Of a DNA stretch of 64,000 nt, positions 51,609 through 64,000 are shown piece after piece; within the stretch, counting starts at the first letter, position 1; each line of letters starts with the position of its first letter. The stretch is taken from positions 2,514,880-2,578,879 of the forward strand of contig CM074810.1 in NCBI GenBank assembly GCA_037447605.1, in the 5' to 3' direction. The DNA is from Zygnema circumcarinatum SAG 698-1b (taxonomy: Eukaryota; Plantae; Zygnematophyceae). The notes below the pieces were generated by a model. That model had not been told where the DNA came from and did not search any database. It worked only from the letters and a program-made list of their open reading frames with translations. The translations under genes and the position numbers were made by a program.

Positions 51609-54155
51609 AGAGAGAGAGAGAGAGACGGAGAGAGACCGAGAGACAAAGACAGATAGTCAGGAAGAGATAGAGAGAGAGAGAGAGAGGGACACAATGAAAA
51701 AAGTCCTTCCAAAGCCAAAGAAACTCGAACACAAATGCAGTACCTGCTACCTGTGCGTAAACCGTTAAACTGAAACTGAAAAATTCATTCCATAGAAATA
51801 CCTTGTAGAGAGTGGCGTCCATCAAAAAGACGCGGTCGGTCAAAATTGAAAAAATGAAAACTGAGAGCATTCCTTGAAGGCGATTTCCGAGTCCGTCCAT
51901 GAAGAAATCGACCAAACTGTAACGGCAATTTTGGGGGACTCCGTCCCTTTGCTTGTCCGTCTCGTTGTAAAAAAAAGAGTGCCAATTTTTTACCCCATTT
52001 GTACACTTAGCATGCAAGTCTATGTAAGCTGAGATAGAAAAAAAAAAAAAAAACTGGATTTAGAATAGGAGGGAGAGAAGGAGATTAAGAATTTCAGGTT
52101 GAAATCTACTATGATTCTGTATCCGGAATTTGCTTGGAATGTGGCGGATTTGTTCCTTAAACATCATGCTGGGAAAACGTTTTAAGAAATAAACAAAAAA
52201 GGAAACGACGTTTTCTCGGGAATTTTTCTTCTTACCATCTAGTTTTTCCGTAAAAGCTGAAGACGGAGAGTTTGTAAATGTCCGAAAATACGAATACTGT
52301 TCCGACCTAAAATTAAAATAAAAAAGGGAGGGGGCGAGGCAGTAATTTTAATCAAGAGAAAAGAGGAGATGGCATGTTTATCATTTGAGTTAAATATAAA
52401 ACAGGCTACCTCTTTCGAAACCATCGGAAAATGGAAGAATGAGAGAGAAGTGGGAAAGAGAGTGTGGGAAGAGAGAGAGTGGGGAGAGAGAAGAGGGAGA
52501 GCGAAGCGGAGAGAGAGGGAAGGGGACAAGGGAAGAGGGAGGGCGAGGGGGGAGAGAGGTATATGGGGGACAAGAGAAGGGAGAGAGCGAAGGCGTAGAG
52601 AGAGAGGGGGGGGCGAGAGAAGAAGGAGAGCGCGGGGGAGAGTGAGAGAGGGGAGACAGAAAAGGGGGGACGAAAGACGAGGGAGAGCGAGGGAGAAAAG
52701 AGTGAGGGGAGAGAGAGATAGGGGGGGACGAGAGAAGAGTGAGAGCGAGGGGGGCGAGAGAGAGGGGGGAGAGAGATAGGGAGGACGAGAGAAGAGGGGA
52801 GGGAGAAAGAGAGAGCGAGAAGACAAAGAGAGGGGGGAGAGAGGAGGCAAGAGGAAATAATTTCTTTTCTAGCCGCTCAAAGGTGAGAAGATGGCATCAA
52901 CTTCAGGCCGCCCACCCTCCCTATAACTTTCGTCCTTCACACTTCCAAGAAACCTTCATATTTAAATCTCCATTTTCGTGAGAGAAATCTGTCCATTCCT
53001 CTTCATTCCGTTTTCAACTCCCACTTTCCTCTCCCCAGGGCCCCCTCACTAGCTCGCGGACACTGTCTTCCCAATTTGTCTCTCTCTCCCTCTCTTTTTC
53101 TCACTCTCCTCTCCCTCTCGGCCCTCTCTACCTCCCTCTGCCTCCCTCCCACTCTCCCTACTTCACTCTTTCCCCCCAATCTCTCTCCCCCTCAACCCAG
53201 GCTCTCCCTTTCCTCCCCCCCTTATCTCTCCCTCAATTCAAGCTCGCACTTTCCCTGTCTCGCTCTCAATTCAAGCTCTCTCCCTCTCTCCCTCTCTCCC
53301 TCTCTCCCTCTCTCCCTCTCTCCCTCTCTCCCTCTCTCCACCTCCCCCCTCACTCCCTCTCGAGCAGGGCAGGGAGAGAGAGAGGGTCCCTTACTTGCTC
53401 CAACAGTGGTCATCTAAACGTCTCTTTCGGGCAGGCCAAATATTTTCTCGGACAGTTTCCGCCAGTCGAACTCTCCTGAGTGTTCGCGCGGCCCCTGAAA
53501 GAAATTTGTATTTGATAAATTAGCGAAAGTAGAATTCATTCTGGAAAATTTAAAGTTACTAATGAATGGAATGAACTAAAAAAACAAAAGACGGGGTTTG
53601 TGCTCACATTCTAATCGAAATAAGTTAAACTTGAAGCCTTAAAATAAACGAAATTCGTCTTGAAATTCGAAGAATCATAGGGTTTTTTCCTTTTTTGGGG
53701 AAACATAAATTATTTGCCTCACCGATCAATTCATTATGCGAGTTTACACTGACTGATTCCTCCGCCGAAATGTTCGACATTTTCACAAGAGGGAGAGGGA
53801 GAAGGTGAGGGTGAGGGAGAGGGAGAGGGAGAGGGAGAGAGAAGTTAGAGGGGTCCGGAAGTGAGCGAGTTTCTGGGTTTTCCTGAACTATAGGGTTTTC
53901 CTCAATTAGTGGGTCTTCGAAAATATCAGGGTTAGAATCTTCGGCAATTTCAAGGCTATCTGCGATGTTGGGTACATTGTTGAGGTTTGAAACTTTAGGG
54001 TTTCGAAAGGAGCTGTGGGGGACATGGAGGTGGAGGAGGAGGAGGAGGGAGGAGCAGAGGAAGAGGGCGAGGACGGCGCGGCCCGCCATGGAGAGGAGGC
54101 GGGAGAGGGAGAAGAGGCGGTGGAGAGACTTCAGCCGCCGGTAGAGGACAGCCAT
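45613..54155 (-). CDS. FUT: GT37 (xyloglucan/AGP alpha-1,2-fucosyltransferase family) type II membrane protein, 12 exons, about 636 aa
   Basis: Exons: 54155-53723, 53494-53395, 52306-52236, 52028-51802, 51277-51178, 50830-50614, 49936-49825, 48894-48707, 48414-48205, 47999-47895, 45915-45844, 45688-45613 (sum 1911 nt, in frame). Motifs: N-terminal [50 protein letters not shown]...[61 protein letters not shown]. The ATG abuts a 10-N gap. Confidence 0.9.
45950..46389. repeat. 42-bp minisatellite with alternating 84-bp higher-order structure, one telobox (AAACCCTAA) per unit, intronic
   Basis: Units ATGGAAACCCTAAAACTGTGCAGATGGAGCAGGTGCGGCACC and ATAGAAACCCTAAAACTGTGCAGATGGAGGAGATGCGGCAAC; about 10.5 units, most strictly alternating. 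Lies within FUT intron 10. Confidence 0.95.
46870..48575. repeat. 855-bp tandem duplication containing FUT exons 9-10, bounded by 10-N gaps
   Basis: The 47040-47559 region is repeated at 47895-48414, with gaps at 47721-47730 and 48576-48585. Probably an assembly artefact. Confidence 0.8.
50238..50435. repeat. Interstitial (TTAGGG)n telomere-like array, about 30 units, in a FUT intron
   Basis: Perfect core at about 50298-50396 with degenerate flanks; lies between exons 50614 and 49936. Confidence 0.93.
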
Positions 54156-55196
54156 NNNNNNNNNNGAAAGGGGGGGGGAGGGATAGGGGGAAGGGGAGGA
54201 GGGAGAGGGGGGGAAGGGGAGGAGGGAGGGGTGGAGCAAGGGAGGGAGGAAGGGGAGGACAGGGGGGGAGAGGGGAAGGGTAGGTGGAAAAGGGAGGGAG
54301 GGAGGGGGAAGAGTGGGAGGGAGGAGGGAGGGAGGGAGTATGGGAGGGAGGAAGGAGGGGGACGAGGGGAGAGGGCAAGGGTAGGTGGGAAAGGGAGGGA
54401 GGGAGGGGGGAGAGTGGAAGGGGGGGGGAGGGAGGGAGTATGGGAGGAAGGACGGGGACGAGGGGAGAGGGGAGGGAAAGAGGACGAGGGGGAAGGAGGA
54501 AGGGAGAGAGGAGGAAAGGAGGAAGAAGGTCGAGAGGGAAGGAGAGAGAGAGGGAGGAGTGGAGAGGAGAGGAGAGGGAGTGTAGTACAGGACAGGAGAG
54601 GGCAGGGAATGCCATACAGCTTTTGGGCCAATGGCGCGATGCCAGCTGGCGTGGAGTTCTCCGCAGGGGCGTCGGCGGCGAAGGGGGCGGATCGGAAAGG
54701 ATGTGATACATGTACGGACGTGCAGGACTATGTACGGATACATGAGTGCTATATCGTGACCGTACTCTTTCGTACACGTTCTGTGGTTTGTACAGTGTAC
54801 GGTAGGAAGGTTCCGTACTAGAATCCCGTTGCACGCGGTGTGGATTCAGGAGACTCGACAAATAAAAGCGTGCCACGTGGAAGTTAGGACATTTCGATCA
54901 ACTCTTGAACTGTTGTACCAATGGTGATCTTTGTATCACGAGGTCGCTGTTGCAGTTCTGGATTTCAAAAACTGTGACAATGTTCTTTGACCGTAGGTGC
55001 CACGTTGGCATGCCACGCTGGCTCAGGTCGGACCGCGGTGCCCTCTGATGTACGGAAAAGTACGGCATGCAGGGGTGTCGTACAGTACAGTATCTATTGG
55101 TTGTACGAAGGTGACTGGAAATGTACGGCATTATGTACGGTTTTCGGTCTTGCGAGGTGCGACGGCCGTCGTAGTAAACCGGTTCGACTTCTTGTC

Positions 55197-55226
55197 CCAC
55201 GTGGCATCCACGTGGCACCCACGTGG
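55197..55226. promoter_or_regulatory. Three tandem G-boxes CCACGTGG at 11-bp spacing
   Basis: CCACGTGGCAT-CCACGTGGCAC-CCACGTGGAAT read directly, about 1 kb upstream of the FUT ATG. Confidence 0.6.
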
Positions 55227-55714
55227 AATCCACGCCACTACGAACTTCAAATTCAAATTCAAATTCAAATTTGCGACCAGCGGTCGTCGAAGGGCATTTC
55301 TTTGAGTACGGTAGGTCGGTGCGTACCGTACGGTATCGTGTCCTATTTTATGTACGGAAATTTGTCCGTCTCGGATGTCCAAGCATGTGACGTCAGCAAA
55401 CATCCCTTAACAACCAAAATTCAAGTTTTTGATCGATACCGACATGGCCTATTAAAAAAAACTCGGATATATCGAGAATATCGGGAATATAGGAAATATC
55501 GGAAATATCGGGATATCAGGACAGCTTTTTTTCCGCAAAATCGCATTCTCAGTTTCTTATTTATATAAAAATACATATAGTCGTAGCGATAAATTTACGC
55601 ATCTCCATTATTTTTTCTAAAGCTCCCATGGGATTCAAATCCCAACGTCTTAAAAAAAAAAAAAAAATTCCCAAAACACGTCCAAACAAATTAACAAAAA
55701 AATGGTTAAAAAAA

Positions 55715-58700
55715 TTAATCGCTATCACTGCCCCTCCCGTCGCTCCAATCCTCCTCTCCCTCCTCCTCCTCCTCTCCCGACCGTTCCCTGTTCAAAATTC
55801 CGTGACTCTCCGTTGCCGTTTCTATGTCCCCAAATATCCCCTCCCTTTCCGTCCCCATGTCCGCCTCCGTTCGGACGAATTCCGTCACCGTGACCGTTTC
55901 TATGTTCGAATTCGAAAAATTAGTTACAATGTCCGTTCCCATCGCCGTTCGCATGACGTCAGCAAACTCTTTTGTCGTTTTGTGGAGCCTGTCCCTCACC
56001 TCCATGACAGGTGCCGTCACGGGATTGGCCGCCCGCTTTCTATGCCTTCCGGCCCACTCTCTGAGTTTTAAATCGACCCGTTCAGCGAAAATTGTGTGCT
56101 TAAAATGCGAACCCATCTGCGAAAAAATTCCACAAAAAAAAAAAATGGGGGGGGGTAGAAATTTAATAAAAAAATTACGGCTTACAGTTACAGATTTTCT
56201 CCCCATGTTTTTTTTTTAGGGTGCAGCAGACCACATTGCGGAAATTTCAGAGCAGGAATATTGAAAAAATTTAGACCTCACCGGTACCAATGTAAAGTCA
56301 AGTTTTTTTTTCGGTAAAGTCATATCCTGATTGTAGTCAGTTCTCGATTTTATGAAAGAAAATTTAGTGAAAGGAGCAAGGATGTTTTCAGGGTCTTGTA
56401 AAGATGCAGGATGCTGACATCAGCTATTCTGTCAATTTATGTTTATATGAACCGTCGGTCACAAGATGCTGACGTCAGCTACATTGTCGTTTAGGCTCAC
56501 CTGCGCGACGAGAGAGTAGAGCGGCAGCGTGATGTAGCTGCACAGGAACTGTACGGCCACCCTGCGAGACGCCGGATAAGACAAAAAACGTATTTGGTGA
56601 AAGAAGGCGCCAATCTCTCTCTCCCTATCTCTCTCTCTCTCTCTCTCTCTCCCTCCCTCTCTCTCTCCCTCCCTCTCTCTCGCCCTCCCTCTCTCTCTCC
56701 CTCCCTCTCTGTCGCCCTCCCTCTCTCCCTCCCTCTCTCTCTCCCTCNNNNNNNNNNCTCTCTCCCTCCCTCTCTCTCTCCCTCCCTCTCTCTCTCCCTC
56801 CCTCCATCCCCCTCTGTCTCTCCCCCCCTCCCTCTCCCTCCCTCTCTCTCTCTCTCTCTCCCTCCCTCTCTCCTCTCCCCTTTGACAAAACCAAGGCCGA
56901 CAAAACGTGACGTGACGTGACATGCCGTGACGTGCCGTGACGTCACACTCACGAGAGGGCTAATCGCGCGTAGGCGAGGGCGGGCGAGGCGAGGAGGCAC
57001 GAGGAGGACCCGAACTCCCACTGGGAGGTAAGGAAAAGTTAAATAAGGGAAAGTAAGGGAAGGGATAAGGAAAGGAACGTCTACGGCACATGGAAGTGAG
57101 AGGGCAATCAAAGTTGAGGAGGGAGAGATCATCATCATGAGGCAGATTCAGCAGTCGTTCGGGACAGTCTCAAGCTGTTTGAATTGTTCCTTCAAGAATA
57201 TTTTCCCATGTATATTAACAGTTCATTAACAGTTTCTATTGTACGACAGGGGAGATTGGGGGTGGTGTTTGCAGTGAGAGGGGGAAGGGAGAGAAAAGGG
57301 AGGGAAAGGGGAGTTAGGATGAAGGGTATGAGACAAAAAGAGAGAGTGGGGGGGGGGGGGGGAGAGAGAGAGAGAGAGAGAGGGAGAGAGAGGTACCAGA
57401 TACCAAAAATAGACCGATAAGGCGAAAGAATTCTGCACCACAGAAAAACATTCAAAAACGGAAAAGCTGGGGTTGGGAGACAACAAAAAATGGCGAAATG
57501 AAAGCAACCCAAGAAAAAAAAAGATCAAATGCCGATTTCCAAGCCTATATTACACAAACACGTCACAAATTTCGCTACAAAATTGACCAAAAAAATGCCA
57601 ATCGAACAGCGTTCACACTACACAATGACTCAATTGCAGTTCTCAAACAAATAAACAGAAACATGTACAAATATCTCAAAAACAAAAACGTTTCCTCACT
57701 TAACCAACAAACAGAACTATGTCTATCTTCTATATACATATCGATACATACTTAAAAACAACCATATATATAGTTCACGGCATATATAGTTCACATAAAA
57801 TTCTCACCTGAAAGATGATGAAGTGCAGCACGTGTCGCAGCAGTCGCGGATTCGAAACCAGCAGCGCGTCCTCGCCTTTATGNNNNNNNNNNNNNNNNNN
57901 NNNNNNNNNNNNNNNNNNNNNNNNNNNNNNNNNNNNNNNNNNNNNNNNNNNNNNNNNNNNNNNNNNNNNNNNNNNNNNNNNNAAAGCTGACAAATTTACG
58001 AAGAGGCTGCCAATCAGGAGTCGCCAGGTGGCAGCGTGGGGTTGGTGGCTTACCACCCAAAGGAAAAAAGTTGTTGTCTTTTCAGGTGTGGGAGAGTTCT
58101 CCTCCTTCACTTTCTTTGGAAATAGTGACCTCCAGAGAGAGACTCCCTCTGCCTCTCTCTCGAGTGGGAGGTGGGAAGCGGAGGTAGTGTGGCGGCGCAC
58201 AAAAGTAGACGAATTCCATAGAGATTTCAATTGCTCTTTACAAATATATATACAGATATATGTATAATACAATGTAAGGAAAAAAGGAAAAGAAAAGTTA
58301 GGGTTCGGGGGAGAGGGGAGGGTTAGAGAAGAGAGAAGAGAGAAGAGAGAGGGAGAGATTGAGAGAGAGAGAGAGAGGGAGAAAAAGAGGCGTCTGATTG
58401 GGCGAAAAAAACATAGAAAACAGGTGTTGATTTATTTCGAAGTCCTGCATAAAAATGGCAATTAACATTGCAGTAGAGGAAAAAAAAAAAAAAGGGGAGC
58501 AGAGTTGATGCAGACCATTAGTGGACATCTGCTTGCAGTTGCGCATCAGTTGAACTGCTTTCTCCTCCCACGGCTTCCATCGGTGGATCTGCGATTCCAC
58601 CCAAAAGTTTGAACTTAGAACTGAGAGCAGGTGGAATCTCAACTCTTCAAAAGCAAAAGAAGGGGAAGAACAGGACCAAGAAACAATACAGTCAACTTGG

Positions 58701-61014
58701 TTTACCAAAGGTTTAAGCAAAGCAAATATAGAGAAAGGAAGAGAGACAGGTAGGGAAAGAGAGTGAGAGTGGGAGAGAACTGAAGGAAAGGAGGGGAGAC
58801 AGGGAAAGGGAGAGAGAGGTTTTTGGTCCTCTAACATTCGAGAGCACAGATAGACAGAGAGCGAGAGAGTAAGAGAGATAGAGAGAAAGGTTTGAAAGAA
58901 CAGATCAACGAGGAGAATGGCGAAAGAAGATCTTTGTCCTCTCACAAACTGATAGAGGGAGAGAGATGGAGAGAGAGAGTCCTCGCTCCTATGCCCCTCA
59001 CTCCAGACCCTCTCCACTTCTTCTCCCTCCATTCCTCCCTCCCTCCCTCCATCCCTCCCTTCCACTTTCACGCTCCTTAACTTTCCCCCTCACTCCACTG
59101 CCCCTCTCTCTCTCTCTCTCCCTCTTTCGTCACTCGTCTACTCCCCTCCCACTCCCTCCCTCTCTCTCTCTCTCCCTCGCTCTCCCCTCCCTACCCGGTA
59201 TATAGCCAGCAGCATGGTGACGCAGGAGTAGGCGACATGCACTGCAGCGAGAAGGAAGATAAAGATGTGAAGCTGATGGAACCCCTCCACCGACATGAAC
59301 GGCTGCTGGCCCTGCACCCTCCAAGGGGGAGAGAGAGAGAGGGAGAGGGAGAGAGAGAGAGGGGGGAGAGAGAGAGAGCGAGAGAGAGGGCAGAAAGAAA
59401 AAAGCCTCAGTCTTCTCCATCCCTCCCTCTCTCTCTAACTCCTCCCTCGTCCTCCCGCCCTCCCACCTCCCCCTCTCTCATGCTCTTTCTCCCTCCATCC
59501 ATCTCCCATCTCTCTCTTTCTCTCCTCCCTCCCTCCCACTCTCCTTCCTTCCTTCCTCCCTCCCACCCGCTCCCCCTCTCTTGCTCGCTCCCCCTCCATC
59601 TTCCTTCTCTCTCTCATCCCTCACCCCCACCCTCCCTCCCTCCCTCCCTCCCTTCCCTCCTCCCCCCACCTCCCNNNNNNNNNNCCCTCCCTCCCTGCCT
59701 CCCTCCCTCCCCCATTCCCTACACTACCCCCTCTCTCACCTCCCCGCACGTGCTCCCTGCCGAACCTCCCGCCAATATTCTCCTTATAACTGAAACCTCG
59801 CCTCCCCCACCTACTCCCTGCTCTGCCTTCTCTACACTACCAAAAAATAACCCTTTTTCCATGAACCCTAACCCTAATTTTTCCCCTAACCCTAATTTTT
59901 CCCCTAACCCTAAAAGACGGCGGCGATGGCCCTCTGAAGGGGACGGATATTCCGAAGGGGCGGGAGCTTCTGAATATGGGGAAGGTGTGACAGTTGTCAC
60001 GCGGTTCGAGCATGGGAGCATGGGGTTATTTTCAATGATGGGAACACAAATTTTCGCCACTTGTTCTTGGAAGATGGTGAGCATGAGGGAGATGAATCCC
60101 AACAGCATGAATTCTGGCCCATCCTTGCACCCGTTCCATGTCACCGTTCAACGGAAAACGGAAAAACGGAACTGATGACGGGATCGAACACGGAACTGGG
60201 GTCCTTTGGGGAGCAAGGGATGCAGAATTCGCTGCAAGTTATAAGTGGTACAAAAGTGTTGTGGCTTTAGAATTGAAGAGGTTTGAGGCACACCTTACTA
60301 ACTGTATTTTTTTATTTGGGGTATAGGCTAACTCCTTCCAGGGTTCAGGGTAATGAGGGTTCTCAAGAAGCTCATTAGATAACTTCGCGTTTTTTATGTC
60401 TGTTAACATTTTTAAAGACTTTAGGGTTAAGGCTTTTAGGTTTAAAGCTTTTTTACGTTTGTAGATTTTTTTATAGACTTTAAGGTTTTTTTTAAGAGGA
60501 GCAGGTTCACTACCTTCTTTTATGACCCCCAAAGCATTGTAGAGCGGCTTTTGATCGTGCTTCCGTAGCCACTGCAGCCTCACAAGAGAGAGTAGAGCTG
60601 TCAGTGCACTCTCTCCCTCTCCCCCCTCCCCCTCTCTCTCTCTCTCTCTCCCCCTCTCCTTGTGTTGGTTTTTAATAATCTCTACCTCCTCCTTAGAAAC
60701 TGCTCATCATAATAAAACGTTTCTCAGAAAGCTAACACACCAAGGAAATTCAAAAACTAGAAAGTCCCCAAAAGAGGAAAGTGACCCAATACTTCAAATA
60801 AATTCAGCAAGCCCAAAAATCCAAACAAAACCTCAAAGAACCCAGACCATCAAACCCCAAAACCCCCACAGTCCCCCCCCACCTTCCCCAGGTGGTGCAG
60901 GCCCCGCTCAAGCGCCATGGATACGGCCACGAAGGCAAAGATGACGGTGGCGACGGCGTATGTTGGCGTCTGCTCCAATGAAAGCACTCCCTCCTCCTCC
61001 CCTCCGCCCGCCAT
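55715..61014 (-). CDS. MLO: MLO-family seven-TM protein (central exons lost in a scaffold gap)
   Basis: Exons: 61014-60883 (LEQTPTYAVATV...LERGLHHLGK), 60571-60514, 60113-59815 (EFMLLGFISLMLT...KIC...MLPC), 59311-59195 (FHQLHIFIFLLAAVHV), 58588-58516 (IHRWKPWE), 58235-58054 (STFVRRH), [gap], to 57808 (PRLL.HVLHFIIFQ), 57432-57397 (NSFAL..YFW), 57020-56953, 56561-56501 (VQFLCSYITLPLYSLVAQ), 56116-55715 (MGSHFK..IFAE.V..KL.EW, calmodulin-binding region). Confidence 0.95.
57883..57982. other. 100-N scaffold gap
   Basis: The MLO sequence jumps across the gap from the second intracellular loop to the PRLL..LHFI.FQ exon, so the true gap holds several exons and must exceed 100 bp. Confidence 0.9.
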
Positions 61015-62664
61015 GGCTGCCGACCTCCCCCTCCTCCCTCCCTCCTGCTTATGAGAGAGACCAACTGTCACTTTCACTGGCCTTAAGGGGGTCCTCCCTG
61101 AGGGTGTTTTTCAATCCTATACCCAATGGGAGTACGCCACGTGTACAGAATTCTCCACGTGGCGGGGCGCCATTGGTCGATGGGCCAGTGAGGGAAATGG
61201 CGGTGTTGCCGAGTGCCTTCGTTCGAAGTGGACAATGGGCGCACGTGTTGGCCCGCATCCAATCAGAAGTTCCCACGTGTCTACTTTGCTGACATGGTAC
61301 GCTCTGACTGGCCAGTCTATGACCGTTTTTTACGCTCAATGACGTTTCACCCCAACGTGTACTTGTGGCTGACGCCAGTTTTCAAATTCCTGTAACTGTT
61401 TTTAGTTCATAGAAAGGCTGTGGTCCCCGTTCTGTTCCAGTTCACATGTAGCTTAGTTTAGTTTAGTTCAGTTTTACACGTTGCTCGTGATAGCGTGGCG
61501 GCATGTGATGGGTGGCGGCCTCCCCTCGCCTTTTGTCGAGCCATCTTTTTGTGTGCATGTGGCGAGCCACCATTGGATTACGTTCCATACGGTTTGTTCG
61601 CAATGCAGAAAGGCCCTACGAGGCCTAGAGTTGTGGGAGAACAAGAACCATGCGCGCATGCATGCACAACTCTTGTGTCGTCTCCTGCGTCACTTTTCAT
61701 ATCGTCGCATCGGCGATGTTGGCTGCTGCTCATGCATGCATGCTGACGACATCATAAACCATTGTTGACGTCATGACCAAACCACCTAAAAACAGTTTTT
61801 TCCAGGAAATACTCGCTCAATCAGCACAAAACGACAAGCACATTGAGTCAATGCACTACAGACAAAAAAGAATTGTCGTTTTCCCCCCGGACAGCTATAA
61901 GTAACCATTATGACCGTACGACGTAGTCATTTCGACGCCTGGGCGGCTCCGCATGGACCAGGTTACCAATGGCGGGACCGAACTGATGTTGTGACTGAAG
62001 GTAGCTGACGGTAACTGACGGTCTCTGATGTTTCCTCTTTTATGTTGTTAACATGCCAAGTCTCATACGAACCATGTTGTGCGACTTTGGGGATGCAAGC
62101 GCTTGCTGTTGTTCAACATGGCACGCATTGCATTAAGAAAGAAAGCTTGGAACACGTGTGAACAATGCTCAAAGTTACATTTTGGAAGTTCAGAGGACAT
62201 TGAGTGGAGGTGAGAGAAAAAAAATGAATTCTATTACAAGGCACGATTGGACTATGTCGAGATCGAACTCAGCCGAACAACTTTAGTACATGGGGGTGAG
62301 AAGAGCAGCCCTCCTTGGGTCCCTGAGAAATAGGGACTCTCCTTTACACGGCGAAAATCAGATAAATTGATCTTTTATTAAAACGACCAAAAAAAATAAG
62401 GAAAACCTACACTAGGTTTTGTTTGACTTCATGGTTTCCAGAACAAGTGGAGTTTCGTGCTGCTCGATGTGAGGGCCATTTCCGCCTTCCAAAGCGGATG
62501 TTCTGCACATGTAGAGAGAGCCATACAATAAATGAGACGAGTGATGGCGTCCACAGTGATGATGATGTGATGATATACATCATGTGATGTGATGTGATGT
62601 GCCTTTAGAGGCATGACATGGTGGCATCAACCCCCCGATATGGTAGCACCACAATACGACCATG

Positions 62665-63218
62665 TCACTCACATGAGAATCTGACCCTGTCACCTTGGGA
62701 CGGCGAAGCCCGACCTCCCGCAAGCAACACCTGTAGCCAAGCAAATCATGGCGGACGGTGTAAGAGGATACCATCAGGGGAGAGCTTAATAGAGTGAAAC
62801 ATAGGGTCAAAGGGTAAGGATGAGGGGGGCAGGAGGGAGAGAGAAAGAAAGGTAGAGATTTTGGGGGGCAAAGAGGGGAGGGAGAGGGAGAGAGAGGAGG
62901 GAGAGAGAGAGAGAGATGGGGCAAGGTCCCTCACCAGTTACCGTTGAGGAAACAGCGTTCAGGTTTGCAATTTTGTTCACACTGGAGGACTTTAGGATGC
63001 AGGTTTTGGCCTTGGCGCCGCTCATGGCGTATGTGAAGGCGCTGCACTTGGGGGTGGTTTGGCAGGCGGCGCAGCACAGGGCCTTGGAGGGCACGTTGGG
63101 GAGCGACTGCAAGTCGAAGCCGCGGGAGTCGAATCCGTCCTGATATGCGCACACCCCCGCTGTGCATGGACGCACAACATACAATATGGTGATGAGATAT
63201 CGTTCAGAAATCTGCTCC

Positions 63219-63267
<49 letters not shown>

Positions 63268-63333
63268 CCTCTCTCTCTCTCTCCGTCCCTCTCTCTCTCC
63301 GTCCCTCTCTCTCTCTCTCTCTCGCTCCCTCTC

Positions 63334-63384
<51 letters not shown>

Positions 63385-63819
63385 CGCTCTCCCTCTCTTC
63401 CTCTCTCACTCTCTCTCTCGCTCCCTCTTTATCCCTACCTCCCTCTCTCCTCCCACTCATCCCTCCCGCTATCACCTCCCACACATCCCATCCAAATCAC
63501 TCCTCTTAACCTTGCTGCTTTTGCTTACATTCCTACGAATCGTAGGGCTTCAAAGTTTCCCAATCTCAGAAAATGTTGGGGTTTCCATGGCGCTTACCAG
63601 TTAAAGTTCCTGCCGACAGATTAGGGCTCGGAATGCGGGCAGATACAGCGTACTTGGTCGCGCATGTGAACGCTTTGGGCCCACTTTTGAAGTATGTGAA
63701 GGCGACGCACTTAATAGAAGTGCCGCAAAAGTTGCAGCAGCTTTCCTTGTTCGGAATCTGAGTCTCCTCACTCAAAGTATAGAGGGGATACTCAACATTG
63801 TCTTCAAAAGAGCAAATTC
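62665..63819 (-). CDS. Secreted triple PAN/Apple-domain protein, paralog 5 (3' part; signal and A exons presumably beyond the window)
   Basis: Exons: 63819-63598 (B, CSFEDNVEYPLY...CCNFCGTSIKCVAFTYF...CATKY), 63159-62935 (C, CAYQDGFDSRGFDL...CCAACQTTPKCSAFTY...CILKS) and tentative terminal exon 62693-62665. All are phase 1. Confidence 0.85.
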
Positions 63820-64000
63820 CTGCAGAGAGTCCGTACAGAACCTAACATCTGTTAAAATTGTGATTATTTTCCTTTTTGAAAGCATAGTTTTTTTTTAACA
63901 AGGACTGAGATCCGTACGAGCGTTCAAATCATTCTGCAACCCTAAAACATGGTCTGAACCCAAAACCCTTCAAGGAATTTGTAAGGCAGGTTCCAAAATT

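Overview
Eukaryotic, intron-rich DNA. MLO and GT37 genes indicate a streptophyte, and the GA/CT-microsatellite and telobox-rich introns suggest a streptophyte alga (taxon is an inference). Almost all long ORFs in the supplied track are microsatellite artefacts; the real genes had to be spliced by hand, using GT-AG sites and consistent phase. Contents: (1) a tandem-Agenet chromatin-reader gene with a 2.25-kb 21-bp minisatellite in one intron. (2) Five paralogous genes for small secreted proteins made of a signal peptide plus three PAN/Apple domains (two on +, three on -, the last cut by the window edge), plus one decayed PAN exon. Each domain sits on its own phase 1-1 exon. (3) A secreted Pollen-Ole-e-1-like + GDPH/Root_cap protein. 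(4) A 12-exon GT37 alpha-1,2-fucosyltransferase. (5) An MLO gene interrupted by a scaffold gap. Intergenic regions carry dense G-box/ABRE, GTACGG and CCGAC clusters. Two gap-flanked near-identical duplications (1.8 kb and 0.85 kb) are probably assembly artefacts. The main candidate novelty is the array of stand-alone secreted triple-Apple proteins with a CC-doublet (CBEL-like) cysteine pattern, embedded among cell-surface and glycan genes.
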